A stretch of DNA of 64,000 nucleotides from Octopus sinensis (Eukaryota): the NCBI RefSeq assembly GCF_006345805.1, contig NC_042998.1, positions 160,828,001-160,892,000 on the forward strand. Reading direction: 5' to 3'. Both the position numbers and the translations under genes were made by a program. How positions within the stretch are numbered: the first letter of the stretch is position 1; every line of letters starts with the position of its first letter. Positions 13,131 through 25,090 of the stretch are shown here, in pieces. A model generated the notes under the pieces. It was given only the letters and a program-made list of their open reading frames with translations, had not been told where the DNA came from and did no database searches.

Positions 13131-13389
13131 CCTTACCTGTTTTTCTATCTTCGGCCACATTGTTTACATTGATGTATCATAACTTCCAGCACTGACTCTA
13201 AGTTCTATAGAAAACCTTAGGGATACACTTAAAAAATATATTTATTGAGAGATGTTTATATAATCAGCAGTAGAAGTAGATATGATAACAGAGGTGATTG
13301 GGTGGGAAAATTCCAGGAAGCTACTGTTTCTGTCGGCAATAAAGGGCCTCTCTCTATGAATGAAATGCTGGCAGTATGATTCTTATGTA

Positions 13390-13810
13390 TGAAATACAAT
13401 GAGTGCTGACTATGGAGGACATGCAAAAGATGGAAAGAAATGATGAGGAGCATGCTCTGCTAGATGTTTAATGTTAGTATAGATGGTTACAAGAACACAA
13501 GTATGCTCAGAGAAAAAAAAGTAAAATATAAATGAAAATAAAAACCAGGTAACAGAAGCTTCCCCTGTTGTATATAAGAGAGAAGAATATGATGAAGTTT
13601 GAATATATGTTGGGTATGAAGAATGATAACCAGATAAAAGTGTCAAATAATGGAAACAGAAGGAGCCACTGGTGGAAAAAGACTGAAGAAGATATTGATA
13701 AGAAATGATGAGGATTGATCCTAAAATGTTGAACCTCACAAAGGAGATGATGAAGGGCCACAATAACTGAAAAGGCACTGTGTATCAACTGACTCATACA
13801 ACTCAAATTA
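13390..13810 (+). mobile_element. RTE LINE 3' remnant, highly decayed
   Basis: TMEDMQKMERN...; later ..DPKMLNLTKEMM.. resembles the RTE C-terminus at 55797. Confidence 0.5.
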
Positions 13811-13838
13811 ACACTGAAAAATGGATGTAAGAATTATA

Positions 13839-14300
13839 CAGGGGTGGGCAAAGGTAGGTATACAGTTGCTTAATATGTGTAGAATACTCTTTTCATTTCT
13901 CTGTTTCTTTTCTATTCTAAGAGTCTACATTCTTTTTTTCTATAATATAATAATTATTCCTAATTTAAGATATTTATTATATGACTGGAAATGTGATCGA
14001 TGATAAATGAAAGGAGGCCATTAAACAGTACTGGAAAACAGAGAATACATAAATGGTTAGATAAAAAATGGACTGAAGAATTTCAAAGACCTGCACCTTC
14101 AAGATTAGCAGTTTACAGAACACATAACAAATTTGAGCAGACAAGATTCATCTGCAATGCACAGAAAAGTGGTCAATGTTACCATTAACAAAAATGAAAT
14201 GCTTGAGACTCAAGCATTCACATAAAGTCTCCAGTGGGCTTCCAATGAATTAGATGCTTCCTGCAGATCCCTTAGTCAATTCATGAATCACTTTGGTAAA
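13839..14300 (+). mobile_element. Tc1/mariner-superfamily transposon 5' remnant
   Basis: TA|caggggtgggcaaaggtaggtatacagtt TIR-like end; KWTEEFQRPAPSRLAVYRTHNKFEQT..SG resembles the transposase N-terminal HTH region. Confidence 0.55.
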
Positions 14301-14483
14301 AAAGAATAGAGAAATGAAACTTATATTAAGCAACTGAATTCCTACTTTTCTATTATAAATAATAGAAAATACCTTTTAAGAACTTTTAAATATTAATAAG
14401 AATTATCTCCCCTACAAAGTAGCTCTTAATGTTGGATTATACAATTGATGGTAGCCATATTTAATTCATGGAGAGAAAATTAC

Positions 14484-14560
14484 CATACAGATAAGTTTAC
14501 ATTTCTTTTTAGTAACATTTCTCTTTCCTACTTTTATTCCACATTTCTGTTCATTATTCA
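14484..14560 (-). CDS. Candidate exon (77 nt; unverified)
   Basis: ttttactttag|TG AAT...TGT ATG|gtaatt; NNEQKCGIKVGKRNVTKKKCKLICM; phase-compatible with 15163-15263. Confidence 0.2.
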
Positions 14561-14949
14561 CTAAAGTAAAATTATTCCAACGACTTCTAGCTAGATAACT
14601 GTAGCTTGTCGTGTCTTAATATACGATGTGAATAGCAAAATAAGTTCATATTAGATAAACCTGAAGATTGGCAATATAACCGTTTTAATATGGTATTGTA
14701 TAGAGACATTCTATTTCAACAATATCGAGGAATGTGTTGTCATGAAACGCGCATAGTCAAAATGATGTAAAGTATATGATTTGTGATAAGAATTGAAGGT
14801 ATTAATTTGGTAATTTGGAATAAGAATTGTAGGTATTAATTTTGATAATTTTAATATTTAGTCCTTATATGTATATATTGTGGATAATGTCATTCAATGA
14901 TGATTGAGTTGCTTGGGGGTGCTTCTGTCTCTTAAACCAACTTATATAT

Positions 14950-14997
<48 letters not shown>

Positions 14998-15162
14998 ATG
15001 TATAGATCACACACACACATACACACACGCACACATAAATATATTTATATATTTAGCAGAAACCATTTTGTAGCAAACAACACTATTAATTCTATGATGT
15101 GATCTGAACCAGCAAATAAGAACACTCTTCATTACTCACAAGCAAATGACAATATCACTTAC

Positions 15163-15263
15163 ATTGAAGTTGTGAAAGAGCTTTGTTATTCACAAACAGA
15201 TATCTGAATGACCAGAAGTGCTTTCTCTTTTTCCATTTTTGTGAAATTTCAAGTTTTCTGATT
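15163..15263 (-). CDS. Candidate exon (101 nt; unverified)
   Basis: tttatattcag|A ATC...CAA T|gtaagt; IRKLEISQKWKKRKHFWSFRYLFVNNKALSQLQ. Confidence 0.2.
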
Positions 15264-15427
15264 CTGAATATAAACTCCTTAAAATGTGTTCAGTGTTCTT
15301 TCCTAAATGTATCTATCTGTCTATTTATCTCTCCCTCTCTTTCTCTCTTTAGGTGTATATGTATATGTACATACACACATACATACATACATACATACAT
15401 ACATACATACATACATACATAAATATA

Positions 15428-15740
15428 TGACACATCATCATCATCATCATCATCATTTAATGGCCATTTTCCATGCTGGCATAAGTTGGACGGTTTGACA
15501 GGAACTAGCCAGCCTGAGAGCTGCACCAAACTTCACTTGACTGTTTTGGCTTGGTTTCTATGGCAGGATACTCTTCTAATGCCATTCACTTTACAGAATG
15601 GAATAGATGTCTTCTATGTAGCACCAGCATGGGTGCTAAATATATGGCACTGACACAGGTTCTTTTTATGTGGCACTGGCAAGGGTGTATTTTATGTGGC
15701 ACCAGCACCTGCGATTTTGCAAGACAAGGGCCTCTTGGCT
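15428..15740 (-). mobile_element. RTE LINE 3' UTR fragment (or RTE-tailed SINE) with (GAT)n tail
   Basis: Reverse complement of the 'gtgccacataaaagcac...aacccatgctagcatggaaa...gatgatgat' family, also at about 29980-30233(+), 48100-48335, 57905-58216(+), 60958-61118(-), 63225-63370(+). Confidence 0.7.
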
Positions 15741-16229
15741 TATAGGGGAAGTGGGAGAAGGGCATCTATGTCATATTCTCTTCCCCTCTCACTCTCCCCA
15801 CAACCCCCACTCTACCACAACCCCCAGCCGAACCCACAACCCACATGGGATTTCCCCACTCTCGCCCCCCCACCTCCCCACAACATCACACCACACTACA
15901 CCATACGACTTTACACATCACATCACACCACCCGCAGCACACCGCCCACATTACACATCACATCACAACACACCACCCGCAGCACACCACCCACATTACA
16001 CGTCACATCACAACACACCACCCACAAACCCATCCCCATATCTCCACACCCACACATACATACATACACACGTCCAGACCACCAGCCCTCCTTCACACGC
16101 ACATACATACTCTCTTATACACACACGCACCTTCGTGTTGGGGCCACCTTCATTTTGGAAGTCACTTGACCCTGTTATCTCCCCTACTATCCCTCTAGCA
16201 TTTAACGTCTGACCTCTGACTTCTGCCTG

Positions 16230-16442
16230 AAGTCAGAATGCCATGATAGACCGTTAGCTCCTACACACATTTTTTTCTCTCCTTGTTTCTCTCCTTGTTT
16301 CTTTTCTGTGTATCTTTCTGTCGAAGAGCGTAACTTCGAAACGTAAAAGACTTGTTCTATTTCTATTCCTGAGCGCCATACTAATACATTTGTTTGTTTG
16401 TACTCCACCTGCCTTCGTCTTTTATTTTCGTAAACCTTCCCG

Positions 16443-16445
<3 letters not shown>
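16230..16445 (+). mobile_element. Short PLE-like repeat (family H2) carrying a variant hammerhead motif, ending in (TA)n
   Basis: ~210-nt homology with 34350-34550 and 59205-59400 (ccatgatagaccgttagccactacacac...gaagagcgtaggctcgaaacgtaaaagac...ctccctatata). Confidence 0.75.
16313..16350 (+). ncRNA. Variant minimal hammerhead-like motif (A6U core, extra A before stem II)
   Basis: UCUUU CUGUCGA A [GAGC GUAA CUUC] GAAA CG UA^AAAGA; palindromic ACGU stem III, 5-bp stem I. Confidence 0.55.
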
Positions 16446-16488
<43 letters not shown>

Positions 16489-16518
16489 TAAACAACTTAT
16501 AAGTGCTGCATGTGTTGG

Positions 16519-16733
16519 TATTCTACAGAAAAGAAAGGAATTTGGGAAGAACATAGGAAGGCTGTGAAGACAGCTTAGAAAATGGGGCAAATACTCTTTA
16601 GAAGATAGGAAAAAGTGGCCAGCAGAGGCTTGCTAACCACTTTTTTGTATCTTCTAAAGGGCATTTACCTGATTTTCTAAGTTGTCTTCACAGCCATCTT
16701 GTGTTTGAGAATTCCTTTATTTTCCATTGAATA
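16519..16733. repeat. Foldback (MITE-like) palindrome, ~95-nt arms and 18-nt loop
   Basis: ggctgtgaagacagcttagaaaat...tttagaagataggaaaaagtgg / ccacttttttgtatcttctaaa...attttctaagttgtcttcacagcc. Confidence 0.85.
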
Positions 16734-17189
16734 TACATATACACATATATAAAAGTGATCTGAGAGTGTTCTGTGATGATATTTGGTGCCAAGTCATCAC
16801 TGGTTATTGATTTATTGATACACTGTTCTTGTTTGTCTTTCTAATCATCCATTTTTCAGCACAAGTTTTTGATGACAATAATCTTTTCTTATTCTAATAA
16901 CATTAGATAAATTTAGTGGCCACTTTTCTTCTTTCATCTATTGCGTATACATAATTTCATAAGGTATTAGAGAGACATCAACCTAGATCAGGATTTACAT
17001 CAATGAAATGAAGAACATGGTCTTGCATCTTTCTTAGTGTTTGGGTTTACACTAATAATTCTATGTTTTACTTATACCTTATATAGTCTTGTTAACTCAT
17101 GCACAAACTACTTTTCATCTCTTATACATTGATAATCTTATACCAAGTATAAACTTACCTTCTTTGAACTAACAATGGAACCTCTGTAT

Positions 17190-17455
17190 CAGTTGTTTCT
17201 GACATGGGATCTGTGTATCCCTGGGGGCTGGGGTCCAGATAAGTGGTACAAAATATTTTTGTGCTGGGTTCATAATTTCAAAAGGCTGTAGTGTAATATG
17301 TATAACTATTCAGTTATGTACATTTTTCAAATGAGAAGTAATAGAGTTTGTTGTTAGTAAACAAAAATAGTTTGTTGAGTAGGTAGATTTTAAAAAACCT
17401 GGTGTCTGTTGGAAAATTCATTTAAAGGAAAAGGGTCTTTGGTTGAGAATCAGTG
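17190..17455. mobile_element. Decayed hAT-type MITE
   Basis: Ends cagttgtttctgac / gttgagaatcagtg resemble the cagtggttctcaac TIR; TSD not recognisable. Confidence 0.5.
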
Positions 17456-18844
17456 TTCTTTAATTGCTTCACTAACTAGAAATAGCAAACAAATCTCGCA
17501 TACCACACATCTTAACACTTTAAAATAAGGAGAAAGGACACACTGGCTTCTGCAGCAGCTTTTGATATACAAAAGGACAGGGTGGCCAATATTGGAATGC
17601 TTTAATCATAGATTTGTTCATTAAGGGCTGACCTGAGACTGAACAGTAACTTAAATAACAACACATTGTTCTGTCTACATATAGGATGCCACAAAGCTTA
17701 CTGTCTGATAACTGTCAGCTAGGTCTTTGAGCAACTGTGCTTTCTGAAGACTGATCATTTTTTTCTTTTCTAATAGTACTTCATTTATTTGTGATTTCTC
17801 TGAAATATATGTCCCTTTCAAACATAGACACATTTGAAGTTTACATCTCCCTATTTGCCATTACACCCACTGTCCTACTTGTTGAACCCGTGTACTGAAT
17901 ACTCATTTTTTAAAATCATAATAAAGAAAAAGTGGGATAAAAACTTCCAGAGGAAGAAAATAAAATGAGTCAGTATAAAATCACACACACATCCATGAAT
18001 ATGTGTGTATGTGTTTGTATGCAGTGTGTATGTTGTGTTTGTACAAAATACATAAAATAGTTAGGTGAAAATATTTATTGGACAGTTAAGATCACATGGA
18101 TGCTTCAGCAAACCAGTGATAGTTCTTTCATTGCATGCTCAACGTGGTATAGCAGATAAGATGTTTGCACCAGTTAGTCAGTGTCCTATAGGGTGTGACA
18201 TTTCAGTAACTTAATACAGGGTGCTGTCAGGTCATATATTTGTTTGTGTGGTTGCATGGTATAGATATAGATGAAAGGTAGTAAGACCCAATTATTATAT
18301 GCTAGATACTCATTTATCTCACTATGGGTGGGATTATAATATCTGCAATTGTGAAAGGCCTACAGTGGTATTTCTAGCTTATCAGCAGCTAGTGGCAGAT
18401 AGGTCATTAGCAGGTCATATCTCTGATGACAATAATAGGATAGGTTTGGTGTCCTATTGATGGATACTACAAGCTGCTGGAATATATGAAGTTTCTTATG
18501 GAAATGGTTGGCTATCATAAACGTCAGGTGAGTAAGAGGAGCCCTGCCAAGGATGCAACATGTGGTGCTGAGGAAGTAATTTCCTTGGTTTCCTTCTCTT
18601 CAGATGAAGCATGATAGAAGGAAGGAGATTTTCCTTTCCCTACACCTGAAGAAATATTTGTGTTGCATCAAACTTCTCTTAAAATCATTGGCTGTTATGC
18701 CCATACAATGTTTCATGTTGGTGTAAGGGTGGCTTTATAAACCACAGACTGTAAGGGGTAGGATCCTCCCAGTGAGCAGTATTTAGGATTAGGGAAGTCA
18801 CAAGTAAGAGATAAGTTGACAAATCTGTTGGGATATATTTCTCT

Positions 18845-19056
18845 TCTATATTTAAGAGATGAGGAATTATGTACATTATTTACATCTGATGGATATTTGT
18901 CATCATCTTGTTTGTTGTTAACACAATGTTTCAGCTGATATGCCTTCCAGCCTTCATCAGATGCCTTGGGGAAATTTCAAACCTGGGTTCTCATTCCTAA
19001 GGTATTTTTTGATGTTATTATTATTATTATTATTATTATTGTTATTATTATTATTA

Positions 19057-19096
<40 letters not shown>

Positions 19097-19194
19097 GTTG
19101 TTGTTGTTGTTGTTATTGTTGTTATTCAGGTCACTGCCTGGAATTGAACTTGGAATCTTGGGGTAGTAGCCTGCGCTCTTAACCACTACGCCAT
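18845..19194 (-). mobile_element. tRNA-headed SINE with (AAT)n linker and hammerhead-containing tail (left arm of head-to-head pair)
   Basis: Minus strand: A-box tggcgtagtgg, B-box-like aagttcaattcc, (AAT/AAC)n, then tail ending ...gtacataattcctcatctcttaaatatag. Confidence 0.8.
18920..18965 (-). ncRNA. Minimal hammerhead ribozyme in SINE tail (core intact, stems partly CpG-decayed)
   Basis: GGCAU CUGAUGA A [GGCUG GAAGGCAUAU CAGCU] GAAA CA UU^GUGUU. Confidence 0.65.
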
Positions 19195-19258
19195 ATGGTG
19201 TAGTGGTTAAGAGTGCGGGCTACTACCCTAAGATTCCGAGTTTGATTTCAGGCAGTGA

Positions 19259-19311
<53 letters not shown>

Positions 19312-19460
19312 TTGAAAAATACCTTAGGAATGAGAACCAAGGTTCAAAATATCCCCAAGACTCCAGATTATGGCTGGAGGTTATATCAACCGAAACATTG
19401 TGTTAACAACAAACAAGATGAGGACAAATATCCATCAAATGTAAATAATGTAAATAATGT
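19195..19460 (+). mobile_element. tRNA-headed SINE with (AAT)n linker and decayed hammerhead tail (right arm)
   Basis: atggtgtagtggttaagagtgcgggctactaccctaagattccgagtttgatttcagg...; HHR remnant GACUC CAGAUUA U GGCUG..CAACC GAAA CA UU GUGUU at 19359-19404. Confidence 0.8.
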
Positions 19461-19924
19461 TTCTCTTTCATTTTAGCATGTAATACTGGAAGCAATATTA
19501 GCTAGGGATGACAATTGACCATGACACTATGAGAATCGAAGAATTCATGATATCTATTAGTTCCCCTCCTCTTCTTCATCCTCCTTTTTCGTTGTCCTCC
19601 TCCTTCATCACTGACATTGCCAACTTTGTCTTGGAGGTGCAAGCTAAATTGTTTTTTTGACCCATTCAGAAGTCATAGCTTAATTCAAAAGCAAATATAC
19701 TTTCAGTGAGAATCTTCTAAGATTTTAAGTGAAAACATTTAACCTAAGTGTAGGTATAATTCTGTGTGGCACATTACATAGAAATTTATAGCAAGCTATC
19801 CCCACCTTACAACAAGTCAAACATCCATTCAACCATCAGGGATCTAACCATTTATATAGACATTCAACCATCCCACCATCTATCCAACTGTCTATCTTTC
19901 AGTTCAATCATCTAAATAGCTTAC

Positions 19925-20588
19925 CATCCATCAACTCATCTGTCCATCCATCCACCCATCCACCCATCCACCCATCCATCCACCCATCCACTCATCCATC
20001 CACCCATCCACCCATCCACCAATACATCCACCCATCCACTCATCCATCCATGCATCCATCATCCACCCATCCATCCATCCATCCATCCACCCATCCACTC
20101 ATCCATCCACCCATCCATCCACCCATCTACTCATCCATCCATCCATGCATCCATCTATCCATCCATCCATCCACCTATCCATCCACCTATCCATCCACCT
20201 ATCCACTCATCCAGCTATCCACCCATCCATTCATTCATCCATCCATCAAACTCATCTATTCATCCTTCCACTCATCCATCCACCTATCCCTTCATCCATC
20301 CATCCATTCATCCATCCATCCATCTTTCCTTCCATCCATCCATCTACCCATCTCTTCATCCATCCACCTATCCATCCATCCATCCATTCATCCATCCATC
20401 CATCTTTCCATCCATCCATCTACCCATCTCTTCATCCATCCACCTATCCATCCACCCATCCATCCCTCCATCTATCCATCCATCCATCCATCCACCCATC
20501 AATCCCTCCATCCATCCATCCACCCACTCATCCATCAATCCATCCATCCATCCATCCATCCATCCATCCATCCATCCACCCATCCTAT
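19925..20588. repeat. Long imperfect (CCAT)n/(CCAC)n microsatellite (~660 bp)
   Basis: Direct reading. Confidence 0.95.
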
Positions 20589-21164
20589 CTGCCAGCTATA
20601 GACAACCAGCTGTTATTTGCCCTTCTCATTAAAACATAATTTTGGTTGCATATTCCTTTTGTTTCTTTCTAACTTTTCAGTTAGCATAACAAAGAATTTT
20701 CAGTAGTAATTATGGTGTTGTGTAAGACAGTCAGTGCAAGGAACTGAAAGAATAAAGGAAATAGTGTTGGTAGTTTTTGTTTCTGAATAAGATTAACAAC
20801 AAAAAATAAATATATAAATGAGTAAAATAAAAATAAAAATAAAGTGTGAATGGTATCATACACTTCATTATCTTCTGTTACATATCAACATTAGTATGTG
20901 AATAAATAAATAAACAAATAAGACTCTGGCTAAAAATACTGACACTTTTCATTGTAAGTATATAAATATTTGAACTTGTGCTTCTATTTCTGTTTCTTCC
21001 TTACAATGTTTAACTTATTTGTTGTTGGTGTGGTTAGCTAATTTTAGAAATTCTTTTTTATGAGCTACTGAACGTCAATGCTCAGACTATCTTTAGTTAC
21101 CTAGATTTTTACTGATGGCAAGAGATAATAGTCGGAATTCCATAGGTGCTGCCTATGTTCAATC

Positions 21165-21500
21165 CTGGGCATCTCTTACCAGAACAGAGAGTAAAACAAA
21201 GAGGTGACAAGAAGGGCAGGCATCGGAAGTTCGCAGGACATGGTGACTGAGTGGTGGATATGGTCTACTGGTCATGTGTTTTGATAATTGCCGGAGAGAC
21301 ATGCTTCCATTGTGAGGGTATGGACACTGGAAAAGGAAAAAGATCAAGAGGAAGACCAAGGAAGATGTAATGCAGTATGTTCCAGGATGACATGATAGGA
21401 GAGGGAATTAGTCTGAGGGAAGCCAGGAGGGTGAGCAATCAGGATGTCTGGAAAAGGTTTGCTACTTGTTGTGCTGACAGCACTGGGGATCTAAGAGCTA
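21165..21500 (+). mobile_element. RTE-like LINE 3' remnant
   Basis: LGISYQNRV...WTLEKEK...RGRPRK...FQDDM...VWKRFATCC across frameshifts. Confidence 0.55.
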
Positions 21501-22011
21501 AGAACTAGGAACATAAAATTTAATGTAAAAGCTCAAAAGTATTTTGCAAACCATTTTGCTTTATGAAGAGCCAGTGAGAGAACTTCCATATGGTCATTTG
21601 ATATGCTAGAATCTACAAGAAATAGCAGCTATCTCTTCCTCAAGTCACACTTTTCTTTTCTATCATCTTAAAAACTGGACACATGTTAGGTAATGGAGTA
21701 TCAAATATTCTTAAAAAAGAAATAAAATGGCCATGGTAGGAATGCCTTTGATCATTCGACTGCTTGATCAAAGCTGACCTGTAGCTAAACAACATCATCA
21801 ACAATAACAATGTGTAAATAATTTGTAATTTTGTGTATAAGGTAACCTAAATTTTAAAATATAAAAACTAAGATTTTGGGGTTTCATGAGAAACTTAAAT
21901 TTTTCTCAAAACATGGATTATTGAAAAATGAGATTTTGTGATATTCATACTCTTCTGCTGAGCATGAAATAATATATCTATCCATTCCTCTATCTAACTA
22001 TCTATCTGTAT

Positions 22012-24752
22012 GCTAGACTTAGGTAAGACACATAGGCAGGGTCCCGGATACTGGAAACTAAATGCATCTTTCCCATCGAGACAGGTTTTCAGAGACTAGA
22101 TTAGCACACTAGTAAAGAGGGCTTTGACAGGAGCCATCATCAACAACAAATGGGTGGTTTGCCCCCAAGAGAGCAGTAAAAGCAGAAGCGATTAGGTACA
22201 GCAAAGCACTAGCCATAGATAGAAAAAGAGTAGAGGGTGAGCTAGTTAAGAAGCTAGAAGAGGCAATTAGAAGCGGCATTGCATCTGACGTTTTGGCAGC
22301 GAGGTTGGCCCTCAACCAACACTTCAACGCCAAACACGAAGAGTGTGTTGTCAGAGCTAGGATGCATGCTCAAAGGAATGAAGGTGCTGGAGCTACGAGA
22401 GAGGCCTGGGTGGCAGAGGTGCAACAGGGCAACAAAGCCACCATTCAGTCTCTGGTTGATGAACAGGGGTGCAAATTGCTCGAGCCAAGTAAAATGTGTG
22501 AGGTCTTTCAACAGCATTTTGCCCGACTGTTCGGGATGAGTGGCAGGCAAGAACGTAGGGTGGACTTCAGTGCCTACCTACACAGCCTACCACGACTCTC
22601 GACAAGAGAGGTAGGGCGCTGCGAAGGTGCCATCACGGCGGCGGAAATGCAGGACGTGATGGCAGAATGCTCGAGGGACAAATCGCCGGGTTTGGATGGT
22701 CTACCCTACGAGCTTTACAGTTGTATGCCAGACTTGTTTGGAGACATCTTGGCAGCTGTATACTGCAACTGGCAGCAAAACGGGAGCATTCCTGGTTTTG
22801 TGAGCCGAGGAACCGTAACACTGCTGAGGAAAGATCTAAAAAAGGTGGATGTAATAGATAACTTTAGGCCCATCACTCTGCTTAATGCAGACTTGAAAAT
22901 TTTGGCCAAGGTGTTAGCCAAGAGGTTGGCGCTTGTCATCGAGAAACTGGTCGACAAGGCGCAAACGTGTGTCGTGCCAGGCCAGAGCATCCATGACAAC
23001 CTCCATCTGATGCACTACATCATAGACAGGGTAGTTAAGGAACCTAGCATGGGTGGGGCACTGATCAATTTGGATCAATCGAAAGCTTTCGATGGGGTAG
23101 ACCATCGATACTTGGAGGCTGTCCTCAGAGCGGCTGGTTTTGGCCCCGTCTTCCGCGGCTGGATAGCCGCTTTATACTGAGGCATCCATTTGGTAATTTG
23201 CATAAATGGACATCTATTGATACCTTTCGACATTGCACGTTCGGTCCGTCAGGGATGCCCCCTCTCGTCGCTCCTCTACATATTGACTCTCGAGCCATTA
23301 TTGCGGAAGCTGGCAACTCTGAGGGGCATCCCACGAGAATTGGGATGTGGGACGAGCGTGTCTGCATACGCGGACGACGTCACCGTCATAGTGTCTAGCC
23401 ACGAGCACATCGAGCTGGTCGGTGAGACACTGAAAGACTACAAAGCGGTGACAGGAGTGAAAATCAACTGGGAAAAATCAGTGGGCTTGTGACTCGGCAC
23501 CTGGAGAAGCAAGCCCATGCCGTCCACCAGCGCCTCTGTCGTGGGACGCTGGACCGACGGTCCGGTTGAGTTGCTCGGGGTCTGGTTTGGTCCAGACCTC
23601 CAAATGAAGAAGAACTGGAACGAGATAACGAGTAGGGGCGTCACTTTCGCCCAGCAATGGGCCGAGAGGAAACTGTCCCTAAAAGGTCGGGCAGAGCTGG
23701 CGAACTCGTACATCGCGTCCGTCATCTACTACCGCCTGACCGTCGTGCCTTGTTCCGGCCCTACCATCACCAAACTAGAACGCATTCTCTTTCGCTTCTT
23801 GTGGAAAGGATGTGTCCTGATGGTCGGGCGATCCATTTGCTGTCAACACCCGTTAAAAGGAGGACTGGGCATGCCGTGGTTGATGATGCACCGACACGCG
23901 CTGAGACTGCGGCATCTCAGGCTCTACGTAGACGACGGTGAACAGGTGTTGTCGCTGTTTGTGAGGCACGCTTTCCCGCAACTCGTGTCCATGACCAAAC
24001 TGCAGTCGTGGATCACAAAAAGGCCGAGAAAGGGCGAATGGCACCGCAAGTGTCACGTTGCTCTCAAGCAACTATGCCGTCTCGGGTCGACCTCGAGTGA
24101 CTCCAACACAACCCAAGCATTCTATAGAGGATTAGTGGAGGGGAGGTACGACGACGAGCTCGGGGCGAACCTGGACGTCGATGAGGAATATCTGACCCAC
24201 CTGTTCAGGACGACTTTCGGGCCAGGGCCCATGGATAACTTCCAGAGATCCCTGGCCTGGCAGTGCTACCGAGAAGCGCTACCCGTTCGGTATCAGCTCT
24301 ACAGACATGGCTCAAGAAACACGGGGCCGACCTGCCCGAGATGCGGTCAGAGCGACGAAACCGTTCTGCACGCATTCGTGCAGTGTCCAACAATTTCCGA
24401 CCTGAGGGCTTATGTCGAATAACTGCTTTTACGTGTGGGACGAGTCGGTTTATCAGCCGAGTCTATCGTCAATATTGTCACGCCTCCTTCTTTCAAACGA
24501 GAAGGAAGAGCTATTTTAATCATCCTTGTGGCTATGGCAAAAGAATGTATCTGGTGGACGTGTCTGAAAGGATTGGAGACAAACACTTCCCTCTCTGGTC
24601 AATCTCTCATCAACTTCTTCAAGTATCACTTGAAAAGGAAAGTGAGAGTAGAGAGGCAAGTTTGGTCTAGCGAATGTTTTAAAAAATGATGGGTGAATGT
24701 AGCAAGGATGGCACGTTTAAATGACGAAGCCACCTTGAGCATAATCCTATGA
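22012..24752 (+). pseudogene. Tx1-like ORF2 (RT + zf), disrupted
   Basis: One +1 frameshift (~22151) and in-frame stops at 22097, 23178, 23490, 24420, 24687; the four ORF-track segments (22293, 23190, 23517, 24435) share one frame; probable true stop 24750-24752. Confidence 0.9.
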
Positions 24753-25090
24753 ACCCGGAAATTTAAAACAGAGGGTTACCTACTTGCAAACAAATGTGGT
24801 AACATGTAACAATATTGACCGAGGTTACCGTGGTCTTTTCCATAGGCTTTTCTTCTCACGGATAAACCTTATCTGCTTCCCCCTTTACACTTTACATCAT
24901 GACACTGTGATACACGATCCCTATTGATCGTTTTTTTTCTTTTGTTTCTTTTCCTTTTTTTTCTTCTTTCCCTTTTACGATCCCTTTTGATCGAAAACCT
25001 ACCCCACTTTTTTTTCCCCCAAAAAAGAAAAGCTCTACTTTGTAATCTGTCCCATCTGTGTGCAGCCCTGTGTGGCTAATAAAGAAACAT
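22012..25090 (+). mobile_element. L1/Tx1-clade non-LTR retrotransposon, 5'-truncated (end of APE linker, RT, Zn-finger, 3' UTR)
   Basis: GPGYWKLNAS at ~22040; FRPITLLNADLKILAKVLAKRL, LDQSKAFD, RQGCPLS, YADD, CPRCGQSDETVLHAFVQC; AATAAA at 25078-25083; TATC-type repeats on both flanks. Confidence 0.95.

Noticed and set aside
14660-14760. Degenerate HHR-like strings (ctgaagat...; tcgaggaatg..cat gaaacgcg)
   Set aside because: The core and GAAA do not occur together with complete stems; too decayed to support.
19195-19262. Functional tRNA gene
   Set aside because: No acceptor-stem closure and a degenerate anticodon arm; it continues into (AAT)n and a tail, so it is a SINE head.
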